45,004 nt of DNA. Origin: a virus. Its lineage: Duplodnaviria; Caudoviricetes. A model generated the notes under the pieces. The model saw nothing but the letters and a program-made list of their open reading frames with translations. It was not told the DNA's origin and ran no database searches. Position 1 is the first letter of the stretch, and every line of letters begins with the position of its first letter. The stretch is taken from the IMG/VR virus record IMGVR_UViG_3300014201_000011, positions 1 to 45,004 of that record, one strand, 5' to 3'. Below, one piece after another: positions 1 to 8,848 of the stretch. Made by a program: the position numbers and the translations under genes.

Positions 1-160
1 AGATAGAGGTCGCACGGATGCGGGTCACGACGAGGTCGTCCCGGAGCGTAGAATGATGAACGCGTCGTTAACGCACCCCTTGTCCGGACCGCCGTCGAGC
101 CACCTGTCGCGCCAGTGGTCGCGGCAGTGGTCGCGGATCTGTTCGTCGGTCGCCATCGCT

Positions 161-778
161 CTACGCGGCCTTCGCGGCGAGGGTGACGTCCTTCGTCGAG
201 ACGGCGAGGAACGAGCCCGACTTGACCTTGACCTGGAGCTTCCCGGCCGAGACGACCCCGGCGACCTCCATCTCGGCGAGGTCCTCGGCGGAGAAGAACC
301 GGCCCCAGTCCTTGAGGGCCTTCTCGCCGGTCATCGCGACACGCGCGCCGACGGGGAACGCGGGCGCCTTCGGGGCCTTCGGCGCCTTGCCGACCTTCGC
401 GGCGCCGACGAACCCGGTCGGGAGGCGGCCGAGGAACGCGGACATCTTGCGCTCGACCTCGTCGGCGCACATGCGGATCTCGGTCGAGATGCGCTCGGCG
501 TCCTCGACGAGGATGTCCGCGGCGGCGTGGTTCGCGGCGACGAGGTCGGCGAGCATGCGGGTCTTGCGGACGTTACGGACGAGGGCCGCCTGCTTGTCGG
601 CGAGCCACCCGCCGCGGGCCTTCTTGCCGCGGGCCGGCGCGGGCGTCGCGTTCGCCGGCGGCGTCGCGGCCGGGGCCGGGGCCGGGGCGGGGGAGGGCGC
701 GGGCGCCGTCGCGGGCTCGGCGGGGACGGCCTTGAGGGCGGGCTGGGCGGGCTTGCTGTTCTTCGGCTTCTTCGACAC
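161..778 (-). CDS. hypothetical protein, Lys/Pro/Ala-rich
   Basis: GTG start after GAGGAG; GC3-biased codons; contains PPANATP. Confidence 0.75.
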   Translation of the reverse strand: MSKKPKNSKPAQPALKAVPAEPATAPAPSPAPAPAPAATPPANATPAPARGKKARGGWLADKQAALVRNVRKTRMLADLVAANHAAADILVEDAERISTEIRMCADEVERKMSAFLGRLPTGFVGAAKVGKAPKAPKAPAFPVGARVAMTGEKALKDWGRFFSAEDLAEMEVAGVVSAGKLQVKVKSGSFLAVSTKDVTLAAKAA

Positions 779-871
779 GGCTGGGCTCCTCGGCAGGGGT
801 AGGGGTAGAGAGCGGCGTCCGCTCGCGCTGAGCCTCGCACGGAGGTCCAGGACGCGCAGGCGACGGTCGGG

Positions 872-1210
872 CTAGAGCGAGGCGGCGATCTCGCCGATCG
901 AGCGCGAGACGAGGACGATCTCGGACGATAGCTCGTTGAACTCGCGACGGAGGTCGACCAGCTCGGAGCGGTCGACGGTCTCGGCGATCTCGTCCTGGAC
1001 GTCGTCCCGGGCGGCGGCGAGGTCGGCGAGGCGGGCGCGGAGGGTACCGAGCCGGACGGTCGCCGCGGCGCGCTCGGCGGCGTCCTCGGCGGCGAGCCGG
1101 GCGCGGATCCGACGGTCCACCTCCGGGTCCGCGAGGATGGCGTCGACCGCGCGGAAGAGCACGAGGAGGTCCCCCGAGCGGACGGCGTCGACGACGGCCG
1201 CGGTGGCCAC
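872..1210 (-). CDS. hypothetical coiled-coil protein
   Basis: Heptad-like helical sequence; starts 2 nt after the stop of the upstream gene. Confidence 0.7.
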   Translation of the reverse strand: MATAAVVDAVRSGDLLVLFRAVDAILADPEVDRRIRARLAAEDAAERAAATVRLGTLRARLADLAAARDDVQDEIAETVDRSELVDLRREFNELSSEIVLVSRSIGEIAASL

Positions 1211-1212
1211 GG

Positions 1213-1452
1213 CTAGCGGACCTTCCGGGCCGGGGCCGCGGCCTCGTCGTTCGCGACGGCGGGGAAGTAGAGCGCCTCGCCGTCAACCCGGGCGACCTCG
1301 ACCGCGCCGCGGCCGGCGGCGCGGCGGAGGGTCCGGCCGACGTAGCCGATCCGCGCGCCGAGGAGCGAGCGGTAGGACGACGCCGTCTGGCCGGGGACCT
1401 CGGCGACGAGCGAGAGGACGAGCTGGGCGGACACCTTCTTGGACTTCGACAT
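1213..1452 (-). CDS. small winged-helix-like DNA-binding protein
   Basis: AAAGGAG RBS; LVAEVPG-TA...YVGRTLRR...VEVARV pattern resembles wHTH. Confidence 0.6.
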   Translation of the reverse strand: MSKSKKVSAQLVLSLVAEVPGQTASSYRSLLGARIGYVGRTLRRAAGRGAVEVARVDGEALYFPAVANDEAAAPARKVR

Positions 1453-1497
1453 CTTCGGCTCCTTTGTCTCGGCGACCTATCGTCGCCCTGTGAGACT

Positions 1498-1548
1498 ACC
1501 TTGCCGGATGCCGCATTCGCCTGCAATAGATTTCGTTATTTATTTTAT
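1498..1548 (-). promoter_or_regulatory. early leftward promoter: AT-rich UP-like tract, TTGCAG-17 nt-CAAGGT
   Basis: AT island in a GC-rich genome; 23/27 nt identical to the reverse complement of 9162-9188. Confidence 0.55.
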
Positions 1549-1581
1549 AACCTGGCGTGGGGGCTAGGCATTTTGCCGGGC

Positions 1582-2232
1582 CTAGCGGACGATCCCGTCC
1601 GGGACCCACCCGCGCCCGAACGAGTCCTGTCCGACGCGCGAGGGCTGAGGGCGCTCGTCGGCGAGCCGCTCGACCTCCTCGTCCTCCATCCCGAGCCGTT
1701 CGCCGATCTGGTCGTCGGAGAGCCCGGCCTCGCGCATCGAGCGGACGATCGCGCCCATCGCGACGATGCCGTGCTGTCCTCGGGCGCGGTTGTGCCGGAC
1801 CGTCGCGGCGCGTGCGTCGCTCGCGTTCGCCGGCGAGGTCCGCACGACGGGGACGAGCCCGCCGCTCGCCGCGATGACGCCGGCGTGCGTGCGAGCGAGC
1901 GTCCAGCGGTGGAAGCCGTCGACGATCTCGCCGTCGGGCGTCGCGACGACGGGCTGCGTCCACCCGTCGGTCATGATGGACAGCGCGAGGAGCCGCATCT
2001 CCGGCGAGAAGACGCGGTTCGGGTTGTAGTCGTTCGCGCGGAGCGTCGCGGGGTCGACCCACTCGACGCGGTCGAGCGGGTGCAGCCGGCGCGGTGTCGT
2101 CCCGTCGGTGGCCGAGCGCGGGCTGGCGGACCGGAAGGTCTCGACATGGCGGTCGATGACCGCGGCCGCGAGCGCGGGCTCAGGCGTCGTGGTCGTTGGT
2201 CGCTTCTTCGCTTGCTGCTTCTTGGACGCCAT
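1582..2232 (-). CDS. ibrB: IbrB/YbdM-like ParB/Srx-domain protein with C-terminal HTH
   Basis: ANDYNPN, DGWTQPVV, IVDGFHRW, ATVRHNRARGQH, IGERLGMEDEEVERL. Confidence 0.85.
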   Translation of the reverse strand: MASKKQQAKKRPTTTTPEPALAAAVIDRHVETFRSASPRSATDGTTPRRLHPLDRVEWVDPATLRANDYNPNRVFSPEMRLLALSIMTDGWTQPVVATPDGEIVDGFHRWTLARTHAGVIAASGGLVPVVRTSPANASDARAATVRHNRARGQHGIVAMGAIVRSMREAGLSDDQIGERLGMEDEEVERLADERPQPSRVGQDSFGRGWVPDGIVR

Positions 2233-3355
2233 CGCCGGTCTCCTTGAGGTCGAACCGCTTGCGCTTCTTGAGGTCGCCGCGGCGAGCGATCTGCGCGAGG
2301 AACTGCCACGAGAGGATGCCGGGCGTGAGCGTGTCGGCGAGCGGCGCGTTGGCGGTCCGCTTGTTGTGGGCTGCGATCTCGCCCTTGAGCCGCTCGGCGA
2401 TCTGCCGCCGCTCCTTCTCGGGCCAGCGGGCGAGCTCGGCCTCGATGGTCTGCGCCCAGGTCATCCCCTCGTGCGGGGCCTCGAGCCGCGAGCCGTGCCC
2501 GTAGAGCGGCGAGCGCGAGTAGCGCGCCGCGGTCCGCGCGCCGGGGACGCGCGCGAGCATCCGCTCCCACAGCTCGGGCCAGCACACGGCGTAGTGCCAG
2601 AGGTTCTGGAGCGGCTCCTCGCCGTACGGCGGGCAGACGCGCTGGGCGGGGAGCGAGATGCCGGCGGCGGTGTAGCGGTCGTACGCGCGGCAGTAGTCCC
2701 AGCCGAACTTCGCGGGCGCGGTCCAGACGTCCTCGGTGCGCCAGTCGTAGATGGGCTTGCAGAGGTAGACGCCGCGGCGCGCGTTGGAGTCCTGGGCGAT
2801 CCAGTTCTCTTCGACCCGCTGCGCGACCGACATGTACCGGCGCATCGACTCCTGCGCGCGGATGCCGAGGGCGACGCCGACGGTCCCCCACTCGGCGGCC
2901 GGGTAGAGAAGGTCGTTGCAGCGCGGGTACGGCGGCCGCGTCGCCGGGTCGCGGAACTCGTCGGGCGCGTCGAGGATGCCCTCGGGCGGCGCCTCGCGGC
3001 ACCAGACGTCGCGCGCCTCGGGCGCCCACGGCCACCAGTACGGATGCCGGCGCGAGCACGCGTTGCGGTGCTGGACGGGCCAGCAGATCCACCGCAGCCG
3101 GACGCCCGGCGTCCGCGAGACGCGGCGGACGTAGTCGACGACGTCGGGCGCGAGCGCCTCCTCGTCGCAGAAGAGGACGTCGAGCTCGCGGCCGAGCCGG
3201 CGCGCCTCGGCGAGCGCAAGCTGATAGACGACCGTCGAGTCCTTCCCGCCCGAGAACGACACGACGACGCGGTCGTAGCGGTCGAACATCAGCGCGACGC
3301 GCTCGCGCGCGAGCGTCATCACGTCGGCCTCGACCTCGCGCTTCCGGTAGACCAC
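2180..3355 (-). CDS. ibrA: IbrA/YbdN-like PAPS-reductase-family (PP-loop) protein
   Basis: SFSGGKDS PP-loop, HRNACS, GIRAQES, KPIYDWRTEDVW, QRVCPPYGEEP; GTG at 3355 with GGAG RBS preferred over 3475. Confidence 0.85.
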   Translation of the reverse strand: MVYRKREVEADVMTLARERVALMFDRYDRVVVSFSGGKDSTVVYQLALAEARRLGRELDVLFCDEEALAPDVVDYVRRVSRTPGVRLRWICWPVQHRNACSRRHPYWWPWAPEARDVWCREAPPEGILDAPDEFRDPATRPPYPRCNDLLYPAAEWGTVGVALGIRAQESMRRYMSVAQRVEENWIAQDSNARRGVYLCKPIYDWRTEDVWTAPAKFGWDYCRAYDRYTAAGISLPAQRVCPPYGEEPLQNLWHYAVCWPELWERMLARVPGARTAARYSRSPLYGHGSRLEAPHEGMTWAQTIEAELARWPEKERRQIAERLKGEIAAHNKRTANAPLADTLTPGILSWQFLAQIARRGDLKKRKRFDLKETGDGVQEAASEEATNDHDA

Positions 3356-3475
3356 TAGCCAGCTCCCTTCTTCCGGTTGTCCTCGGTACGAAGCCACTGA
3401 TGATTCTCGGCCTGCGACGCAGCGATAGCGCGGTCGCTGTGCTTGGCGTAGTAGCGGCGGTTGGCCGCTCGCCAC

Positions 3476-4168
3476 TTAGCGCGCTGAGCCGGGCTTCCCA
3501 TGTTGAATCAGAGTGCGGTTAACCATCGGATGGTTCCCGTCGAGCGGGCCCCAGTCCGAGTCGGGGTGGAAGGCGACGACGTCCATCGCGGCGACGGGCG
3601 TCGCGAAGGAGTGGATCTCCTGCTCGTCGAGGAGGAACATGTCGCCGACCCGAAGCTCCTTCTCCCATCCCGGTCCCTTCGCGACGCCGGCGCCGCGGAC
3701 GACGGCGCCGAGCCGGATGCTCGGGTGGAGGTGCTGGGTCTGGTCGATTCCCTTCGGGAAGTGGAGGTGGTTGAACACCGGGTCGCCCATCCGCGGCGGG
3801 TAGACGAGGATCGAGTCCGAACACCCGTCGATGTACGAGAGCCGGCCCTGGCGCTCGACGCGGCCGGCGACGAGCTGGCCACGGAAGCCGGCGCGCTCGA
3901 CGACGACGACGATCCCGCCGGCGGCCTCGCCGACGATCTCGACTGCGTCGGGCGACGAGAAGTAGCCGCCGGCGTCGAGCGAGACGGAGGCGTGCGAGCC
4001 GACGTGGAACGACGCCGCGCCTTCGAGGACGTAGGCGTAGACGGTCGAGGTCGAGCCGCCGAACCGGCACATCTCGCGGCCGATGCGGCGGCCGGTGATC
4101 GAACTCGGATACATCGTGCCGAGGGCGTCGATCGAGCCGACGCCGTCACATGCGGTGACGATCTTCAT
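3476..4168 (-). CDS. cupin-fold protein
   Basis: LHFP..IDQTQHLHPSIRLGAVVRGAG and GDMFLL...IHSF match cupin motifs 1 and 2 with His metal ligands. Confidence 0.75.
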   Translation of the reverse strand: MKIVTACDGVGSIDALGTMYPSSITGRRIGREMCRFGGSTSTVYAYVLEGAASFHVGSHASVSLDAGGYFSSPDAVEIVGEAAGGIVVVVERAGFRGQLVAGRVERQGRLSYIDGCSDSILVYPPRMGDPVFNHLHFPKGIDQTQHLHPSIRLGAVVRGAGVAKGPGWEKELRVGDMFLLDEQEIHSFATPVAAMDVVAFHPDSDWGPLDGNHPMVNRTLIQHGKPGSAR

Positions 4169-4178
4169 GGTCGGAACC

Positions 4179-4832
4179 TTACTCCTGATGGTGCTCGATG
4201 TAGTAGGCGCAGATCGCGGTGAGCGCGTCGCCGGAGATCTTCGACGCGGTCACGGTCTTCGCCATCTTGATCGCGGCATGGACCGTCGCGTTCTGCTCGC
4301 GGGTGAGCGGGACGCCGAACGAGACGTGCTCGGGGTTGAGGCCGGCGCGCGACGCGCGCTCGTTCGTCTCCTCGCCGTCCTCCTCGCCGTCGCCGATGAC
4401 GCCGTCGAGGAACTCGGCGCCGGCGCCGGCGAGCGCCTCCAGGTCGGCGCCGGTGTAGCCGGTGTCGGCGATGATCTGCGCGGCGGTCACGCCCTCGGCG
4501 ATCGCGTCGGCGACGAACTGCTCGAGCTTCGTCATGTCGAATCCGACCTGGCCCTGCATCGCGAGGAGGATGCGGCGGCCCTCGGCGACGCTCTCGACGT
4601 CGAGGACGATGCACTTGAACTTCCCGTCCGGGTCGTTCGCGGTGTAGATGTCGGTCCGCTGGTGGCCGTCGATCAGCTCGTAGGTGCCGTCCTCGACGGC
4701 GCGGACGATGAGCGGGGCGACGATGCCGTGCGTGTCGATGCTCGCCGCGAGCTTCGCGCGCTCGCCCTCGGTCGGGGTCTTCGGGTTGCCGCCCGAGAAT
4801 CCTCGGATCTTCGAGAGCGGAATTGATTTCAT
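4179..4832 (-). CDS. ParB/Srx N-terminal domain protein
   Basis: NPK...LAASIDTHGIVAPLIVR...YELIDGHQR; alternative start 4853. Confidence 0.8.
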   Translation of the reverse strand: MKSIPLSKIRGFSGGNPKTPTEGERAKLAASIDTHGIVAPLIVRAVEDGTYELIDGHQRTDIYTANDPDGKFKCIVLDVESVAEGRRILLAMQGQVGFDMTKLEQFVADAIAEGVTAAQIIADTGYTGADLEALAGAGAEFLDGVIGDGEEDGEETNERASRAGLNPEHVSFGVPLTREQNATVHAAIKMAKTVTASKISGDALTAICAYYIEHHQE

Positions 4833-4924
4833 CGCCAAAATTCGGTCGCGCATCTTTCGCGAAGCGTACCACCGAACGACGACGGCCCGGCATCTTGCCG
4901 AGCCGTCCTGGCATCGCCGACCGT

Positions 4925-5665
4925 CTAGAAGGGCCGACCGTCCGCCGGTCCGCCGCGGCCGCCGTTGCCGCCGCGCGAGCGACGGTCCCAGGGCTCGTCG
5001 CGGTCGGTCGGCGGCGGGGGCTCGTCGCGTCGGTCGTCGCGGCCCTGGCCGCCGCCGTGGCCGCCGCCGCCCTGATAGCTGCCGCCCTGGCCGTAGCCGC
5101 CGCCGCCGAGGCTCTGCGCCGAACCGCCGCCGCGGCCCTCGACCTTGGGGATGACGTTACGCATGCGCGCGGCGAACTTCTCGAAGTCGGGACCCTCGAG
5201 CGGCTTGGAGAACGCGACGCCGTCGTCGTTCAGCCAGGCGATCTTCTCTCGCCACTTCCCCTCGTACTCCTCGTGCTCGAGGGTGGCGATGGCGACCTTG
5301 CCGCCGTTCTTCGGGAGGATGCCGTCGATCTTCCGGAGGTCGTCGCCCTGCCAGCCGAGGGCGCGGAGGCCGCGGAGGGTGAACTCGATCGCGTTGTCGG
5401 AGAACGAGCCGCGCCAGGGACGGATCTGTCCCTTGCCGGGTCCCTCCTGGAACTGGCAGGCGACGCCGACCTGCTCGGCCTGTTTGCCGACGCCGAAGGA
5501 GAACGAGACGGCGATCACGGGGTAGCGCCCCTCCGGGATGAGCTCGGCGCGCGGGTCGGGGCCGGGCGGCTGGGCGCGCGGGTCGCGCATGTCACGCGGC
5601 GGGTCGCGGCGGTCGTCGCGGCGTTCGTTGCGGTTGCTGTCGTCGGGGCTGTACGGGTTGGGCAT
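4925..5665 (-). CDS. DUF669-like single-stranded DNA-binding protein
   Basis: IPEGRY start of OB-like core, EEYEGK, Gly-rich tail ending in PF; directly downstream of the Sak4-like gene. Confidence 0.7.
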   Translation of the reverse strand: MPNPYSPDDSNRNERRDDRRDPPRDMRDPRAQPPGPDPRAELIPEGRYPVIAVSFSFGVGKQAEQVGVACQFQEGPGKGQIRPWRGSFSDNAIEFTLRGLRALGWQGDDLRKIDGILPKNGGKVAIATLEHEEYEGKWREKIAWLNDDGVAFSKPLEGPDFEKFAARMRNVIPKVEGRGGGSAQSLGGGGYGQGGSYQGGGGHGGGQGRDDRRDEPPPPTDRDEPWDRRSRGGNGGRGGPADGRPF

Positions 5666-5680
5666 GTTCGGATTCCTTTC

Positions 5681-7027
5681 TTACCGCGCCTGCTGCGCGG
5701 CTCCGTGCTGTTTGATGTCCGCGTCGATCTTCTGGATGAGCTTGCCGAGCTTGACGAGGTCGCCGCCGGCGTCGCCCGCCCACTCGGAGACCTTCTCGTG
5801 GTAGGCGGCGCCGAGCGCGCGGGCGCGTTCGAGCGCGAGCGCGATCGGCGTCGGCGCGGCGTCGCGCGGGTCGGCCGTCCGGTCGCGCGGCGGCGCCTCG
5901 GGCGCGGGCGGGCGGGCCGGCTCGGTCCACGTCCGCGCGTCGGTCTTCCCGTCGCCCGTCGACGCGGCGCCCGGCGGCGGCGCGGTCCGCTCGCGCGACG
6001 CCGGCATCGCGGCGCGGAGCTGCTGCTCGTACTCGCGCTGGCGGTCCTGCGAGCCGGTGCCGTCCTGCGGCAGACCCTGCCACGGGATGTCCGCGGGCGG
6101 CGTCGCGTTCGCCGGCGGCGCGGCGCGCGGCCGCTCGGGACGGCGGCGGTCCGACGGCCGCGCGGTCGAGCTCGACTCGGCCGGCCGCGAGTCGGCCGCG
6201 AGGCCGGGCCCGTCCTCCTGCTGCGGATAGAGGTGCTCGCCGAGGAGGTACGGGACGAGCGCGCTCGGATGTTCGAGGACGACCTCGGCGGGAAGCCGGA
6301 TGCGGTTCTTCGCCTCGAACTGCGCGTTCCACTGCGTCCCGAGGAGCCGGCGTCCGGTGCTCGAGCCCTTCGCGCGCGCGCCGAGCTTCTTCTTCTCGTC
6401 GGGCTCCTTCGAGACGTTCGCCTCGAAGTAGCCGAAGAGCATCGTCTCGGACCACTCGACGACGACCTGGGCGATGCGCGGGTGGACCTTCGGGATCCAC
6501 CGGTCGTAGTCCGAGCCGCCCGGGTTCTTGAAGTTCTTGACGTGCGAGTGCATGGCCATCGCGACGTGCATGCCGCGCCTGGCCTGGAGGATGTCGAGGC
6601 GCCAGACGAGCCGGCGGAACTCCTCCTCTGCGACGATGTAGCCCTTCTGAAAGCCGTAGTCCTCGATGCTCTTGAGCTCGAGCTGCGCGGGGTTCATCTC
6701 GGTCTTGCGGCCCGAGTCGCGGCGGCAGACGTACTCGTGGATGAGCGGCTCCATCCAGTCGACGGTGTCGATCGCGAGCGTGAGGTAGTCGTGCGGGTCG
6801 TCCGTGAGGCTGTCGACGGTGTCGAGGACGTCCTCCCAGTCCCGGAAGCCCGAGAGGATCTTCACCTTGAACGGCAGGTCGCGCGGGACGTTCTGGTCCT
6901 CGTGCGCGAGGAAGACGACGCGCGGGAAGTGGGCGATGAGCGTCGTCTTTCCGAACCCGGGGATGCTGTGCATCGCGAACCGGACCGGGCCGTCCGTCCG
7001 CGACTCTTCTGCGTTCGATACCTTCAT
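5681..7027 (-). CDS. Sak4-like (AAA_24) ssDNA-annealing ATPase with long disordered C-terminal extension
   Basis: PGFGKTT Walker A, TLAIDTVDWME, HSHVKNFKNP..DYDRW, EAKNR; GAGGAGG RBS before ATG 7027. Confidence 0.8.
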   Translation of the reverse strand: MKVSNAEESRTDGPVRFAMHSIPGFGKTTLIAHFPRVVFLAHEDQNVPRDLPFKVKILSGFRDWEDVLDTVDSLTDDPHDYLTLAIDTVDWMEPLIHEYVCRRDSGRKTEMNPAQLELKSIEDYGFQKGYIVAEEEFRRLVWRLDILQARRGMHVAMAMHSHVKNFKNPGGSDYDRWIPKVHPRIAQVVVEWSETMLFGYFEANVSKEPDEKKKLGARAKGSSTGRRLLGTQWNAQFEAKNRIRLPAEVVLEHPSALVPYLLGEHLYPQQEDGPGLAADSRPAESSSTARPSDRRRPERPRAAPPANATPPADIPWQGLPQDGTGSQDRQREYEQQLRAAMPASRERTAPPPGAASTGDGKTDARTWTEPARPPAPEAPPRDRTADPRDAAPTPIALALERARALGAAYHEKVSEWAGDAGGDLVKLGKLIQKIDADIKQHGAAQQAR

Positions 7028-7061
7028 TCGTTCCTCCTCGGCGTGGTTGATGCCGATTACG

Positions 7062-7184
7062 TGACCGGCGACGGATTCGAACCGTCCACCGTCCGGGCCG
7101 CGCGCCGCGTTGGGCATGGTGCCGAGGAGTCCTTCGGCGTAGCGCGCGGTCCGGGACGGGCCTCCGCCCGAGGGCGGGCCGGTC
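7062..7184 (-). ncRNA. tRNA-like RNA with greatly enlarged anticodon arm
   Basis: 7-bp acceptor stem GACCGGC/GCCGGTC plus A; perfect T arm GACGG-TTCGAAT-CCGTC; lies inside an intergenic gap. Confidence 0.55.
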
Positions 7185-7190
7185 GAAACT

Positions 7191-8468
7191 TCATGCGGGC
7201 GGCCCCGCGAGGTCGAGCCGCTGCTGCGGCGCGTTCCGCCTCCGGCGGATCGCGTAGAGCGGCGAATCGAGCGGGTTCTCCAGCCGGCCCGAGCAGACCG
7301 GCAGGTAGTCGCACGACCGGCCGTAGACGTCGGTGCACGTCTGCGAGTTGCGCGGGAAGCACGCGCGCGCGTCCGGGTGCGAGAGGTTCCCGCCGGTCTC
7401 GCGCCGCGCGAGCTCGACCATCGACGAGATGAGCCCCGTCGTCGTGACGAGGTCGTCCCGCATGTCGAGGAGCTGGGCGCGCGACCGCTCGACGCGTGCC
7501 TGGCGGAAGAACGAGTCCGGATCCTTCTCCATGATCGACACGAGCCGCGCGCGGTAGTCCTCGAGCGGCTCGTCCTCGGTCCGCTGCCGGGCGTCGAGCC
7601 GCGGCGCCTCGCTCCATCCGGTCCCCTCGCACGCCGTGCACGCGACCTCGCCGGGGACAAGGCGGCCGGTCGGCGTCCCGTCGCGCGCGGTCTCGGGGAC
7701 CTTGACCGGGACGCGCCCGGTCCCGCGCGCGACGCCCTGGGCGCCGCCGGCGCGGCCGCCGCAGTACCTGCAGCCCTTCCCCTTGGTGAGCTTCCGCTCG
7801 GCCTCGGGCGTCGCGAGGTACCGATCGTGCCCGAGCTTGCGGACGACGTCGTAGAACGCCTCCCAGCAGTCGAGGCCCTCGCGCTGCGCGGCGTCGACGT
7901 ACATCGATACCTGGGTGTCGACCGCGAGGCGGATCCAGTAGTCCGAGCCCGCGTTGACCTTGTTCGAGGTCGACTTGTGCTCGACGACGCGGATGCGCCC
8001 GTCGGCGAACCGCTTCACGGCGTCCTTCTTCCCGACGAGCCGCCATCCGCCGACCTCGCGGCCGTTCCGGTCGAGGAGCGGAAGGTTGAACCACCGTTCG
8101 ACGTCGCCGTCCTTGTCGCGGTAGACGGACGAGAACTGGACCGACTCGGGCCCGTCGCCGGAGTAGCGTGCGTGGTAGACGATGAGCATCGCCTTCGCGC
8201 GCTCGACGTCGACCGGGTCGGTGTCGACGTGCCGCGCGTTCGCGTCGATGCCGTCGAGCGCGGCGCGCAGCTCGTCGCCGTCCGAGTGCCACGGCCGGCC
8301 GTACTCCGCGCGCGCCTTCCACCACGACTCGAGCCCCGAGTGGAACAGCCCGCCGAGCCTACGCGCGCCCTCTTCGCGGACGAGGACGATCCCGAGGATA
8401 TCCTGGAAGTAGTAGTGTCGATTGCACGTATGCCACGAGTTGTATCCGGTCGAGCTGATATTCGGCAC
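7191..8468 (-). CDS. PD-(D/E)XK RecB/Cas4-like exonuclease with inserted CxxCxG Zn finger
   Basis: S..Y.SW.TC.R.YY, G.LFH..LE, VE, GKKD...VVEHKS, Q.S.Y, C-terminal Cys cluster; start placed at GTG 8468. Confidence 0.8.
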   Translation of the reverse strand: MPNISSTGYNSWHTCNRHYYFQDILGIVLVREEGARRLGGLFHSGLESWWKARAEYGRPWHSDGDELRAALDGIDANARHVDTDPVDVERAKAMLIVYHARYSGDGPESVQFSSVYRDKDGDVERWFNLPLLDRNGREVGGWRLVGKKDAVKRFADGRIRVVEHKSTSNKVNAGSDYWIRLAVDTQVSMYVDAAQREGLDCWEAFYDVVRKLGHDRYLATPEAERKLTKGKGCRYCGGRAGGAQGVARGTGRVPVKVPETARDGTPTGRLVPGEVACTACEGTGWSEAPRLDARQRTEDEPLEDYRARLVSIMEKDPDSFFRQARVERSRAQLLDMRDDLVTTTGLISSMVELARRETGGNLSHPDARACFPRNSQTCTDVYGRSCDYLPVCSGRLENPLDSPLYAIRRRRNAPQQRLDLAGPPA

Positions 8469-8504
8469 GTGCGAGAGATACGGATCCCCTCTGACAATTT
8501 GCCA
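8469..8504 (-). promoter_or_regulatory. promoter TGTCAG-N10-TATCTC-N6-GTG (leaderless) for the recombination operon
   Basis: Same architecture at 9191 and 13340. Confidence 0.5.
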
Positions 8505-8530
8505 TCCGGACATGGCATAATCGCACGCCG

Positions 8531-8848
8531 ATGCCTACCGCAACCCCTCGTCAGTCCCCACCTTCTCCGGAGAGATCCCGGCCGAGGCTACGGCCCGATA
8601 CGCGCGTCGTCGACCTCGCGCGCTCGCCGCTTCTCGACGACCTCAACCATAACGCGCTCGTCGTCTACATCCGGCTCGTCGCCGCGAGCGCAAAGCAGGG
8701 AAGGCGGGTCCGCGTTCGGAACCGCGACCTCCTCGTGGACCAGCGCGGCGCGATCCGTGCGATCCGCGAACTCGAGCGTGCGAAGCTCGTCCGGACGAGC
8801 ATCGCGATGACCGAGCACGGAACCGAGCGGACGGTGGAGCTCGTATGA
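8531..8848 (+). CDS. small winged-helix protein
   Basis: ALVVYIRL...AIRAIRELERAKLV pattern; TGG-CATAAT upstream. Confidence 0.6.
   Translation: MPTATPRQSPPSPERSRPRLRPDTRVVDLARSPLLDDLNHNALVVYIRLVAASAKQGRRVRVRNRDLLVDQRGAIRAIRELERAKLVRTSIAMTEHGTERTVELV

Noticed and set aside
3355-3501. 48-aa minus-strand ORF MGSPAQRAKWRAANRRYY... in a lower-GC patch between cupin and ibrA
   Set aside because: It resembles the basic helix of an HNH-type gene remnant but has no catalytic motif, so it is too weak to call.
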